From: Candidatus Latescibacterota bacterium
GTDB lineage: Bacteria > Latescibacterota > UBA2968 > GCA-2709665
DNA: 64,000 nucleotides
Direction: 5' to 3'
Assembly: GCA_965203805.1 (NCBI GenBank)
Contig: OZ241917.1
Location: 4,960,001-5,024,000 of the forward strand
The position numbers and the translations under genes are program-made. Below are positions 9,678-20,000 of this stretch, piece by piece. The notes beneath the pieces were generated by a model. The model saw only the letters and a program-made list of their open reading frames with translations. It did no database searches and was not told the DNA's origin. The number at the start of each line of letters is the position of its first letter. Within the stretch, counting starts at the first letter, position 1.

Positions 9678-11642
9678 CTACGCGGGAGAAAAGGAGATGT
9701 CGCCCAGCCAGGGATCGCAGCGGCCCAGCCTCACGGCCAGGGTGTCTCCGGGCGCCGCTTTCGGGGGCGGTCTGATATCCGTCTGGAACGCGAAATCCAG
9801 TATCTCAACGTTCATCGTCCGATCGCGCGCTTCCAACGCAACCGCCTCGAAGACTTCGCCGATGCGACCCTGAAGGTACCGAAACAACCAGTAACGCTCC
9901 CGTCGCCGCTCGATGCGGATCAAGGTGCGCATCCGTTCCTCCGCTTCGAATACCACGCGCTGGATCTGCTCCTCGTCGTACGGCAACGGCCGATCCATCA
10001 GAAAAGCCGCCACCTGCCTTTGAACCGCCAGGTCCGTGTACCGCCTCAATGGCGATGAGGCCTGGCAGTACGCTTCCACGCCCAGGCCGCCGTGCAACTC
10101 CGGCGTCACGCTCATGGACGCGCGCCGCATTCGGCGCAACACCCGGTACCGGCGCAAAACTTCATTCTCCACGTCGCTGAATTCCGCGAGTTCCGGCGCG
10201 GTCTGGATCCGGTACACAACCGGAATGCCGCGGTCCCGGCAGAACCGCGCCATCGCAACGTTGGCCATCACCATCATCTCGCTCACGAGGAGGTTCGCCG
10301 GAGACCTGCCGTCCTGCATCGACACCTCGATCTTCCCGTCCGCCGTAATCCCGATGCGCCGGTTGGGATGGTCCACGTCGATCGCGCCGTTCTGCAGCCG
10401 TTCGATGCAGTGCCACTCCGCGACGGTGTGCAGTGCCGAAAATTCGTTGTGCAGGGAATGGGAGGGATCCTCCAGAATCCCGTCCACGGCTTCGTAGGAG
10501 AGTTTTTCGCGGCACTGTATCACCGAAGGGACGATATCAACGCATTCCACCGTCCCATCCGCCGTGACTTCGAACAACTCACTCAGCGCCAGCCGCGGAG
10601 CGCCCGGTCGAAGACTCCCCAGATCGCTGGAAACCCTCTCCGGAAACATGGGAATCTTCCGGTCAGGGAAGTATAGGCTGGTAACCCTTGCCGCAGCCTC
10701 CCGGTCCGGCTCCGAATCCAGGGGAACCAGACCCGCCACGTCGGTGATGTGCACGCCAACCTGCATGGACCTGTCGGCTCGTATCAGAACCGATACGCCG
10801 TCATCCATATCAGTGGTTGCGGCGTCGTCGATCGCGTAGACCGCCAGGTCCGTCAGGTCCCGACGACGGCCGTCGCCCGCCGGCGGAACCCGTCCCAATG
10901 CATCGGCCGCCTGGCTGACAACCGACGGGAAATCGACCGGCACCTCGGCCCGGATCAGGTCCAGATGTTCGTCCGGCCCCCATACGCCGTCCCGGACAAG
11001 CCGGTCAAAGACGGGGCGCACGTCCACCCTGGCGTCCGCCATGCGTTCCAACCACCCCGCGTGAACGCTCGTGTCGCCGCGCAACACGTAATCCTTGAGC
11101 CGATCGACCCATCCGCCGCGAAATTCCGGGGGATCCTCCCCGCATTCATGAAACCAGCGCTGAAACCGTGTCTTCTCCTCGAGCCGCTCGGCCTCACGTC
11201 TTGCAGCGGCCTGTCGTGCCTGAACCGCTTCCTCGCTCAGCGCGCGGTACCCGCCGCCGCGCTTTTCCGCATCGAAATAAAGGCTCTGTTCCAGGTGGAC
11301 CAGCAACGCGGCGCGTTGTTCCGGCGTCACGTCCCCTCCGAAATAGAGATCCGCCAACCCGTCCACGGTCCAGACATCCGCGTCGTCGCGCACCAGTTCC
11401 CACGTGTCCTCGAGGTCTAACCCCTCGCTTTCCGCCTGTGCGCGCGACATCCACGCGGCGGCGGCGGTCCAGTCAGCGGCCGTTTCACCGGTGCCAAGCA
11501 GCACGTTGCCGGCGGGGGTATTCACCGTTTCTTTGCGGCCCGTCGCAAAGCGCACCTTTCCGCCTTGCGCAGACAGGCACACGCCGGCCATCAACCGGTT
11601 TCGGTACCGGAAAAAAGCAATCTCGTTTTCCATTATCGCCAT
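9678..11642 (-). CDS. RNB domain exoribonuclease (RNase II/R family)
   Basis: AIDDAATTDMDDGVS, VHITDV, SEMMVMAN, SSPLRRYTDL; true start about 11642/11633, not 12149. Confidence 0.9.
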   Translation of the reverse strand: MAIMENEIAFFRYRNRLMAGVCLSAQGGKVRFATGRKETVNTPAGNVLLGTGETAADWTAAAAWMSRAQAESEGLDLEDTWELVRDDADVWTVDGLADLYFGGDVTPEQRAALLVHLEQSLYFDAEKRGGGYRALSEEAVQARQAAARREAERLEEKTRFQRWFHECGEDPPEFRGGWVDRLKDYVLRGDTSVHAGWLERMADARVDVRPVFDRLVRDGVWGPDEHLDLIRAEVPVDFPSVVSQAADALGRVPPAGDGRRRDLTDLAVYAIDDAATTDMDDGVSVLIRADRSMQVGVHITDVAGLVPLDSEPDREAAARVTSLYFPDRKIPMFPERVSSDLGSLRPGAPRLALSELFEVTADGTVECVDIVPSVIQCREKLSYEAVDGILEDPSHSLHNEFSALHTVAEWHCIERLQNGAIDVDHPNRRIGITADGKIEVSMQDGRSPANLLVSEMMVMANVAMARFCRDRGIPVVYRIQTAPELAEFSDVENEVLRRYRVLRRMRRASMSVTPELHGGLGVEAYCQASSPLRRYTDLAVQRQVAAFLMDRPLPYDEEQIQRVVFEAEERMRTLIRIERRRERYWLFRYLQGRIGEVFEAVALEARDRTMNVEILDFAFQTDIRPPPKAAPGDTLAVRLGRCDPWLGDISFSPA

Positions 11643-11674
11643 AGCCAATGTACGCCCGGTCCTCCGGTTTACGG

Positions 11675-12058
11675 TTATTGCTGCGGCTTTCTGGCGACCA
11701 CGTCGATTTCCACCAGGATGTCCGGCAGTACGGACTGCACCGTTGTCCTGGCCGGCCGGACGCCCGTGAAGAACCCGGAATACACCCCGTTGAATGCCGC
11801 GAAATCGCCGATATCCGCAAGATGGCAGGTCGATTTGACCACGTCGTCCATCGTACAGCCCGCTTCCTGCAAGACCTTGCGGATATGCTCCAACGTGACG
11901 CGGGTCTGTGCCTCTATATCGTCGCCGATCACCTCGCCGGTGGTCATATCCAGCGCCGCATGCCCGCTCACGTAGACCCATCCGTCCACTTCGACCGCCG
12001 CCGAGTACGCCCCCGTATCCACCTGTTTGTCGGGGTGTCTGATCTCCCGCTTTCCCAT
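11675..12058 (-). CDS. RidA/YjgF family enamine-imine deaminase
   Basis: GAYSAAV...YVSGH, FAAFNGVY...PARTTVQ, VEIDVVA; RBS ggagga before ATG 12058. Confidence 0.92.
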   Translation of the reverse strand: MGKREIRHPDKQVDTGAYSAAVEVDGWVYVSGHAALDMTTGEVIGDDIEAQTRVTLEHIRKVLQEAGCTMDDVVKSTCHLADIGDFAAFNGVYSGFFTGVRPARTTVQSVLPDILVEIDVVARKPQQ

Positions 12059-12379
12059 CGTACGTCCTCCCATGGATAGAGCCTTCCTGTATCGTTTGTC
12101 GCGTCAATATAGCGAATTCCGGGAAACCGATCCAGCGGGTTCTGTTCATTGGGCCAATGCCCCGATGCGCCTTGCATTCCGCCGCCCGGGGGTTTATCTT
12201 CTCCGCAATCTGCAGTCTTGCGGTCGTGTCCGCCAGGTTTCGATTTGCCAGGCGGGACGCCGCCCGCGATACCGCGGAGTCGGAAAGCGATCGTTTTCGG
12301 CGTCAGATGTCCCGTTGCCCCGTCCCCGCGGCGCATGCCCCCGCCCGCCGGGGCAGGACGGGCATCCGGCATTGAGGAG

Positions 12380-14377
12380 ATGCACGACGTGGCTACCGTT
12401 GCAGATCAGATCTCGGAGTCCGTACCCGACGTCCGCCTCGCGGAGTCCCGGCATGTACACACGCCATGGACCCTGGCCAACTATTCCACCGTGACGGCAT
12501 GGAAAGCCCGCGCCGCACGAATACGCCGACATCTCCTCGCTGTCACGGGCTTATTCCCGTTGCCCGAGAAGAGTCCCCTCAATCCACGTGTGTTCGGACG
12601 CCTGGAACGCGCGGGTTACGCCGTGGAGAAGGTCTTCTTCGAGTCTCTACCCGGTTTTCTGGTGTGTGGCAACCTCTATAGCCCGTTGGGTGCGGGACCT
12701 CACCCGGGCATTGCCTGCCCGCACGGCCACTGTCGCCGCGGTCGCCTTGAGAACGACGACACAACATTCGGTTCCATACCCGGTCGCTGCATCAACCTGG
12801 CCCGTCGCGGACATGTTGTCTTTTCGTACGACATGGCGGGGTATAACGACAGCAGCCAGATCGACCATCGGAATTTCGGCGGACGTACCGAAGACCTCTG
12901 GGGAATCGGCGTCCTGGGCCTGCAGCTGTGGAACAGCATCCGCGTCATCGACTTTCTGCAGTCCCTTCCTTGCGTGGACCCGGACCGGATCGGCTGCACC
13001 GGCGCGTCGGGCGGCGGGACGCAGACGTTTTTGCTTGCCGCCGTGGACGATCGGGTCAGGGTGGCGGCGCCGGTGAATATGATCTCGGCCCACATGCAGG
13101 GCGGATGCAATTGCGAGAACCAGGCCCATCTCCGCCTGGACGTCAACAACGTGGAGATCGCGGCAGCCATGGCGCCGCGCCCGCTCTTTCTCGTTTCCGC
13201 GTCCGGCGACTGGACATGCAACACGCCCGAGCTCGAATATCCCGCAATCCGGGAAATCTACAGCCTGTTCGGAGCCGCCGACAGAATCGATACGGCGCAG
13301 GTCGACGCGGGACACAACTATAACCGCGAAAGCCGTGAATACGTCTACAGATGGTTCGGGAAGTGGCTGCTTGGCAGGAACGAACCGTTGAGGGAACGGG
13401 CCTTTGCAGTGGAACCGGACGAGGATCTGCTGGTTTTCCATAACCGGAAGCCGCCTGCTCACGCACTGGACTCGAACGGGCTCACGAATTTCCTGATCGC
13501 CCGCTCCGAGTCGCGCCTGAGAGATGTGCTGCCTGATAGCGCTGCCTCCCTCCGCCGGTTCAGAAAGCGGATGGGGCCGGCGCTGCGGCACGCACTCGCC
13601 GCCAGGTTTCCTGCGGCGACTGTTGCGAGAGACATGGGGCGTACCAGAAGCCGGCGGCACGTCGTCCAACGGCTGCTGATAGGCCGGCCGGAGGGCGGGG
13701 ACCGTATTCCGGCGCGCCTGTTTCTGCCGAGAAACGGTGAGGAAGAGTCGCCGTGCACGCTACTGGTGCACCCGGGGGGCATCGACGCCCTCTCCGACCC
13801 CGAAAACGGCGCGCCCGGCCCCGCAGTGGCCGACCTGCTGCGCCGCGGTCAACGGGTCCTGACCGTCAGCCCGTTCCTCGTCGGAGGATCCCCTTCAAAC
13901 ACCGGTTGCCGGGACACCGGCGTGCCGCACTTCCACACCTACAATCCCAGCAATGCGTCCTGCCGAATACAGGACATTCTCACAGCCCTGGCTTTTCTGC
14001 AGTCCCGCGCCGACGTCACGACTTGCCACCTGGCGGGCGTGGGCGCCGCCGGTCTGTGGTGTCTCTTTGCCCGTGCCCTTGCGCACGATGTCGGCCATAC
14101 CATTGTAGACGCAAACCGGTTCCGGATCGGCAACGACGCGCAATGGACCGAACACCTCTACATCCCGGCCGTCCGCGCCGCGGGAGACCTTCGTACGGCC
14201 GGCGCGCTGATCGCCCCCTCGCCGCTCTACGTACACAATGCGGGCGCGGACTTCCCCGCCGACGAGATGCGCGCGTGTTACCGAGCCGCGGGAGCCCCTG
14301 CCGCCATCGCCATTTCACGCAGGCGTGTCAACCGCGCCGCGTTGTACGACTGGCTTACGCATGTCCGATCACGGTAA
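12380..14377 (+). CDS. alpha/beta hydrolase (acetylxylan esterase-like) with degenerate second domain
   Basis: VEKVFFES, CPHGH, GCTGASGGGTQT nucleophile elbow, GCNCEN, AGHNY; start 12380 or GTG 12389. Confidence 0.8.
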   Translation: MHDVATVADQISESVPDVRLAESRHVHTPWTLANYSTVTAWKARAARIRRHLLAVTGLFPLPEKSPLNPRVFGRLERAGYAVEKVFFESLPGFLVCGNLYSPLGAGPHPGIACPHGHCRRGRLENDDTTFGSIPGRCINLARRGHVVFSYDMAGYNDSSQIDHRNFGGRTEDLWGIGVLGLQLWNSIRVIDFLQSLPCVDPDRIGCTGASGGGTQTFLLAAVDDRVRVAAPVNMISAHMQGGCNCENQAHLRLDVNNVEIAAAMAPRPLFLVSASGDWTCNTPELEYPAIREIYSLFGAADRIDTAQVDAGHNYNRESREYVYRWFGKWLLGRNEPLRERAFAVEPDEDLLVFHNRKPPAHALDSNGLTNFLIARSESRLRDVLPDSAASLRRFRKRMGPALRHALAARFPAATVARDMGRTRSRRHVVQRLLIGRPEGGDRIPARLFLPRNGEEESPCTLLVHPGGIDALSDPENGAPGPAVADLLRRGQRVLTVSPFLVGGSPSNTGCRDTGVPHFHTYNPSNASCRIQDILTALAFLQSRADVTTCHLAGVGAAGLWCLFARALAHDVGHTIVDANRFRIGNDAQWTEHLYIPAVRAAGDLRTAGALIAPSPLYVHNAGADFPADEMRACYRAAGAPAAIAISRRRVNRAALYDWLTHVRSR

Positions 14378-14393
14378 AGCCATGGACGCCTGA

Positions 14394-15704
14394 ATGAAGA
14401 TCGCCCACATTTCCGACTTTCATCTCCGCCATCATCTGCCCGGCACCTCGACCATATCCAGACGGCTGAGCCGGCATATGCCGGACCTGATATCGCAGGC
14501 GGTGGAACGTATTCGCGCGGAATCTCCGGACCTGACGGTTGTAACCGGCGATCTTGTCGACCACCCCTTTTACGGGATGCACGACCGCGAGCTGATCACC
14601 CTCGGGGTTAAGGACCTCCGTCTCGTCCGGGAATGTTTCGCGGCGCTGACCTGTCCGGTCGCGTTCCTGTACGGCAACCACGACCATCCCGGATCCTTTC
14701 ACCGGGTCTACGGCGACCTGCCCGCGGAGTTTGAGGTTGCCGGCCATCGCGTCCTGATCTTTTTCGACGACGAAGTGGACGACCACTTTCCCCAGCGGAT
14801 GGGTGCGCAGCGCGAACGGTTTCTCGCCGCGCTGAACGACGACGACCCGCGGCCTCAGATCCATCTCCAGCACTATCTCGTCGCGCCCGTCCGCGTGCGC
14901 GGCTATCCTCACGCGTACCGGGAGGCCGAAAGCCTCAAGGCCGCCCTTGTGGCGGACAGCAGGGTCCGCCTCGTGCTTTGCGGGCACTATCACAAGGGAG
15001 ACACCCTGTTCAACGAAGGCCACGTGTACTTCGGCAATGCGCCTGCGTTCGGGGAGCCCCCACATCCGTTTCGCATCTACAATGTAGACGACGCGGGCGT
15101 CACGCAGACCGAATTCCATCTCCGCCCGACAAACGCGCCAAAGCGCCGTGCGGTGTTCCTCGACCGGGACGGCACGATCAACCCGCAACCGGCCTATCGT
15201 ACCGGTCCCGAGGAATTCAGCCTGCTGCCCGGCGCCGCGGAAGCACTATCGAAATTGAAGCGCGCCGGTTATGTCCTCGTGGTTGTCTCGAACCAGACCG
15301 CCGTCGGCCAGGGTTACGTGACCACCGAGACCGTCGGCGCCGTCAATGATCGCATGGCATCGCTGCTTTGGCTATCGGGCGTGGAACTGGATGGCGTCTA
15401 CTGCCGCTATCACAGCCCGGGCGCGGTGTTGCCGGAACATCGTACCGATCAGCCGGAAACCAAGCCCAGCCCCGCGATGCTCTATGCCGCCGCCGAAGAC
15501 CTGAATCTCGACCTTTCCACGTCTTTCATGGTGGGCGACCGGAAAACCGACGTGGACGCCGGGAAAAACGCCGGCTGCCGCGCGTCCATCCTGGTGAAGA
15601 CTGGTGGCGGTCCGGAGGCGCTGGCAAAGATGCCCCCCGGTGACGCGGACTTCGTTGCCGAGGACCTCGGCAACGCCGCGGACTGGATTCTGGAGCAGAA
15701 ATGA
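14394..15704 (+). CDS. calcineurin-like metallophosphoesterase fused to GmhB-like HAD-IIIA phosphatase
   Basis: HISDFH, TGDLVD, GNHD, CGHYH; then AVFLDRDGTIN, VVSNQ, KPSP, MVGDRKTD. Confidence 0.88.
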   Translation: MKIAHISDFHLRHHLPGTSTISRRLSRHMPDLISQAVERIRAESPDLTVVTGDLVDHPFYGMHDRELITLGVKDLRLVRECFAALTCPVAFLYGNHDHPGSFHRVYGDLPAEFEVAGHRVLIFFDDEVDDHFPQRMGAQRERFLAALNDDDPRPQIHLQHYLVAPVRVRGYPHAYREAESLKAALVADSRVRLVLCGHYHKGDTLFNEGHVYFGNAPAFGEPPHPFRIYNVDDAGVTQTEFHLRPTNAPKRRAVFLDRDGTINPQPAYRTGPEEFSLLPGAAEALSKLKRAGYVLVVVSNQTAVGQGYVTTETVGAVNDRMASLLWLSGVELDGVYCRYHSPGAVLPEHRTDQPETKPSPAMLYAAAEDLNLDLSTSFMVGDRKTDVDAGKNAGCRASILVKTGGGPEALAKMPPGDADFVAEDLGNAADWILEQK

Positions 15705-16327
15705 TGGCGGCAATCCGCGCCCGAGCGCTATTTTGGGTTCTGATCCCGGCGGCCGCGGTGGCCGGGATCATCGCCGTCGTCCTCACCGGGTATGCGCGGG
15801 ACCTGGACCGCCTCATCGGCGACGGTCCGGAAAGCGCCGCGGCTGCCGGTCTCCCGCCCATCCTGCACAGGGTCGCGGACTCGCTGTCCGCGGCCGATCT
15901 GGCGGGTCTTCTCGCCCGACAATTCGTTACCGCGGATCACACGGATCTTCCAAGTGGATTCAAACGGACCGGTTACGCCTTTCTGATGGCCCGGAAATAC
16001 GAAAAAGAAAGCCTGCTGGCTTTCTTTTTCGACCGGACTCCGTTCCCTTTTCCTCGAAAACCCCCCGTGCGGGGCTTCGAGGGAGCCGCGCGGGCTTACT
16101 TCGGCGTACCTCCGGGCCGGATGACCGCGGGCGAAGCCATCCTGCTATTCCATATTGCCCTCTCTTCCGATGCGCCGGTGCCGGTGTCCGACCCGGAACG
16201 CGCGATCGAACTGCGAAACCTCCTCCTGCTGGATCTGGTGAAAAGCGGACTGATTTCCCGGGCACGATACCGTTCCGAATCCGGGCGGCCGCTCATCCTC
16301 TCCGGAAGCCACCCGTCCGTGTGGTGA
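15701..16327 (+). CDS. membrane-anchored degenerate transglycosylase (GT51)-like protein
   Basis: N-terminal TM; KYEKESLLAFFF...GFEGAARAYFGVPPGRMTAGEAILL resembles the GT51 C-terminal half; ATGA overlap with upstream gene. Confidence 0.6.
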   Translation: MMAAIRARALFWVLIPAAAVAGIIAVVLTGYARDLDRLIGDGPESAAAAGLPPILHRVADSLSAADLAGLLARQFVTADHTDLPSGFKRTGYAFLMARKYEKESLLAFFFDRTPFPFPRKPPVRGFEGAARAYFGVPPGRMTAGEAILLFHIALSSDAPVPVSDPERAIELRNLLLLDLVKSGLISRARYRSESGRPLILSGSHPSVW

Positions 16328-16900
16328 CGGGCCGGATGGGCAAAGAGTCGGGCCGCAATCGCGGTCCGTCCGACGGGTAGCGCGGACAAAAAATCCGGGC
16401 CTCTATCCGAGACTCGGCCTGCCGGGAGGGACATGCAGGCAGAGCGCGTGACAGAGGCCCGCGTCCTGAATCACTTATGATATATATCCGATTTAACACG
16501 CCGAGTCAATACCCTCTCCTCACTTTTTCGCGACCGATAGCGGAGATCGGAATCCATACACACAAGTGTGTGGACCGTTGAGCCGGATGTGGTCCGAGGA
16601 TTTGTCCATTTGCTCCAATCCAGAGCCGTCTTCGCTGCGGTTTTGCGGCCCGCCTGAACGCGCCTTGAATCCTGCCGATTGAACAGAACGACCCCTACTG
16701 TCATTGCAGACAGAAACCGCGACACCGGTATGCGAAGTCCGGAAACAGGGTCTCCAACGGCTGCTTTATTCAACGTATCCATCTGCAGTTCAGGCTCTTC
16801 AATCGGCCTTATGCATCCTCATGTTTCCCGGTCTGTCGTGCTTTCGTCTGGATGGATCGCACCACTCGCACCGGGTTTTCAAACAGAAAGACGGAGATTT

Positions 16901-16928
16901 TTGCCAAAAAAGATCGTAGATCTACTAT
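16901..16928 (+). promoter_or_regulatory. putative promoter of the WD40 gene
   Basis: TTGCCA-N16-TACTAT in an AT-rich stretch. Confidence 0.35.
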
Positions 16929-17065
16929 AACTTCTCGTATATTATTGCCACGTAGGCGTTTCGGCACCTATTGAGCACAAGGGTGGTAGCCGCGTCCTGG
17001 CGTTTCCGGTGCAGTCGATGAAAATGGAGGTGTTATCCCCGATGGCAACTGTAAGGGCGCAAAGC

Positions 17066-20000
17066 ATGACCAACTCGATCGTCGATCGTGGATTGGTGAT
17101 CTCGCTACTGATGTTCCTCGCGCTGCATTTCGGGCTCCCGGCATCCCTCGCCGGTCAGGAATCGATAGAAGAGGAAGACCACCGTACATGGCATCTTCCC
17201 GACGGCGCGACCGCGCGCCTGGGCAGAGGCGCGATCGGATTCGGAAGCCGCGAGGTTGACGTTTCTCCGGACGGGCGAACGCTGGCCGTTGCGAGCGGCA
17301 TCGGCATCTGGTTGTACGATGAGACCACGGCCCGCACGCTGGCGCTGCTGCCGAGTTCCACCCGGGTCGCTTCGGTGTCGTTTTCACCGGATGGAAGCAC
17401 ACTGGCCACCGTGTCGGAGGATGGCACAGTACTGCTTTGGGACGTGGCCGCGCGATCGGAGACAGCGACCCTCGTTGGGCATTCGGGCAAAGTCAACGCG
17501 GCGCTGTTTTCGCCGGCAGGGAACACACTGGCTACCCCGACAGAAGATGGCACGGTGTTCTTGTGGGACGTTGCTTCCCGAACACAGTCGGGTACACTCG
17601 AAGGGCATACGGAGATTGTCACATCGATCGAGTATTCGCCGGACGGTGGCACGCTTGCCACCGCGTCGGAGGATGGCACGGTGCTGCTGTGGGACGTGAC
17701 CGCGCAGACCCGGTTCGACACGCTCGAGGGGTTTGCGGATTATGTCACGTCGCTGTCATTTTCGCGTGACGGCGGTACCCTGGCCACCGCGTCGGGCGAC
17801 AGCGCGGTGGTCCTGTGGAACCTCGTCTCGCAGACGGAGTCAGACACTCTCAAGGGCGATACCGGTGGCATCACGCTGGTCGCGTTTTCGCCGGATGCGG
17901 ACACGCTGGCCACCGCGTCGGCGGATGGCACCGTTATGCTGTGGAACCTCTCCAGACAAAGGGTGACCGAGACGCTCGACGGACATACGGACAAAGTCAC
18001 GTCGATGGTGTTTTCGAAGGACGGCGGCACATTCGCCACCGGATCGGCGGATGGCACGGTGAGATTCTGGGACGTGGCGACAGGGTATTTCGTCGCATTT
18101 GGCGGACATAAAGCCGCGATCAAGTCGGTGAGTTTTTCCCCAGACGGAGACACGCTTGCCGCCGGGTCGGCGGGAGGAGCGGTAGACCTGTGGGACCTGA
18201 GCGCACGAATGCAGTTTGGTATCCTCGCAGGGCATAGCGGAAGCGTCACTTCGCTGGCGTATGCGCCTGACGGGGACACGCTTGCCACCGCGTCGCGGGA
18301 CAGTACGGTCATTCTGTGGGACATGGCCACCCAGACGGCGGCCGCTACGTTTGAAGGGCATGGCGATGCTGTGAGTTCGGCCGCATATTCGCCGGATGGG
18401 ACCTTGCTGGCTACCGCGTCAGATGACGGCACGGTGTTGCTGTGGGAAGACGACACCCGGCGCGTGGCCGCCACCCTCGACGGGGGCGCGGTTGCCGTTG
18501 CGTCGGTCGTATTTTCGCCGGAAGGCAACGCGCTGGCCGCGGGGACGGCGGGAGGCAGGGTCATTCTGTGGGACGTGGCCTCGCGGTCACGCATGGCCGC
18601 ACTCGAAGGGCATCCAGGGAGTGTCAACACGGTCGTGTTCTCGCCCGACGGGAGTACCGTGGTCTCCGGGTCGAGCGACATGACAATCAAGCTGTGGGAC
18701 GTGGCCACGCAGTCGCAACTGGCCACCCTGCAGGGTCATACCGGCGGGGTTGGATCCCTCGATCTTTCAATGGACGGCAGCCGGCTTGCCTCCGGGTCGA
18801 ACGACAACTCCATCAAGATCTGGGACGTGAGCGCACGAACCGAGGTCGTGACGCTGCAGGGGCACACCGCCAACGTCAATTCGGTTGTATTCTCGCCGGA
18901 TCGGGTCACGCTGGTTTCCGGGTCGGAAGACGGTACCGTGCTGTTATGGGACCTGTCGGAGTGGCCGGGCCTCCGGCCGCTCTCACTGGAGATTGTCTCC
19001 GGCGACGGGCAGGAGGGCGTTCCGGGTGGTTCGCTTGCCGACTCACTTACTGTTGGAGTGAAAGACCATAATGGCGAACCCATGCCCGATGTCGCGGTGA
19101 CCTTTACGGTTTCCGCCGGACGGGGGCGGCTCAATGGCCGGTTCACAGTCCATCAGACCCGGACCGATGCGGACGGAAGCGCATCCGTCGCGCTGACGCT
19201 GGGGACACGGGTGGGCATGAACACCGTCACGGTCTCGATCGGCGGTCGTAAATCGGCGACCTTTTCCTCGGAGGGAGTGGGGACCTCCGTGGTTGCGATG
19301 GACGGCGACCCCCGAAAGTGGCGTCTGCCCGCACGTGCGACGGCACGCCTGGGCAGAGGAGCCATGGCCCGGAGTGACCGCGCGCTGGCCCTGTCCCGGG
19401 ATGGAAGTACCCTGGCCGTGGCCAGCGGCATCGGCGTGTGGCTGTACAACGTGAGCACGTCCCGCGACGCCGCGTTGTTGACGGGACCCAACGCTGTACA
19501 TTCGGTGGCATTCTCAACGTCCGGCACGCTCGCGGCCGGGTTGAACAACGGAGAGATTGAACTATGGGATTCAGGTACGGGCGCCCGCGTCGCTACTCTG
19601 AACGGACATACAGGGCCTGTGGTTTCGGTGGCATTTTCCGATGACGGGGCCATACTCGCCTCAGGCGCCGAAGACGGCACGGTCAGGCTGTGGGACATCG
19701 GCGAACAAGCCGGGGTCGCCACCCTCCGGGCGCACTCGGGGAGCGTGACGTCCATGGCATTCTCATCCGATGGGGCCACGCTGGTCACCGGCTCGGCGGA
19801 CGGTACGATCAAGCTGTGGGACGTCGACACCCGAACCGAGGCCGGCACGCTGGAAGGGCACGCGGACGGGGTCCATTCGGTGGAATTCTCGGGAGACGGA
19901 AGCACCCTTGCGGCCGGGCTGGCCGACGGTACGGTCAAGCTGTGGGACGTCGACACCCGAACCGAGACCGGCACGCTGGAAGGGCACGCGGACGGGGTCA

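Noticed and set aside
9678-12149. 823-aa ORF suggesting an N-terminally extended RNase II
   Set aside because: The extension overlaps the RidA gene in another frame and has no domain signal; the real start is near 11642
16471-16930. Short ORFs in the spacer before the WD40 gene
   Set aside because: No motifs, atypical codon usage and mutually overlapping; could be a decayed remnant but cannot be supported
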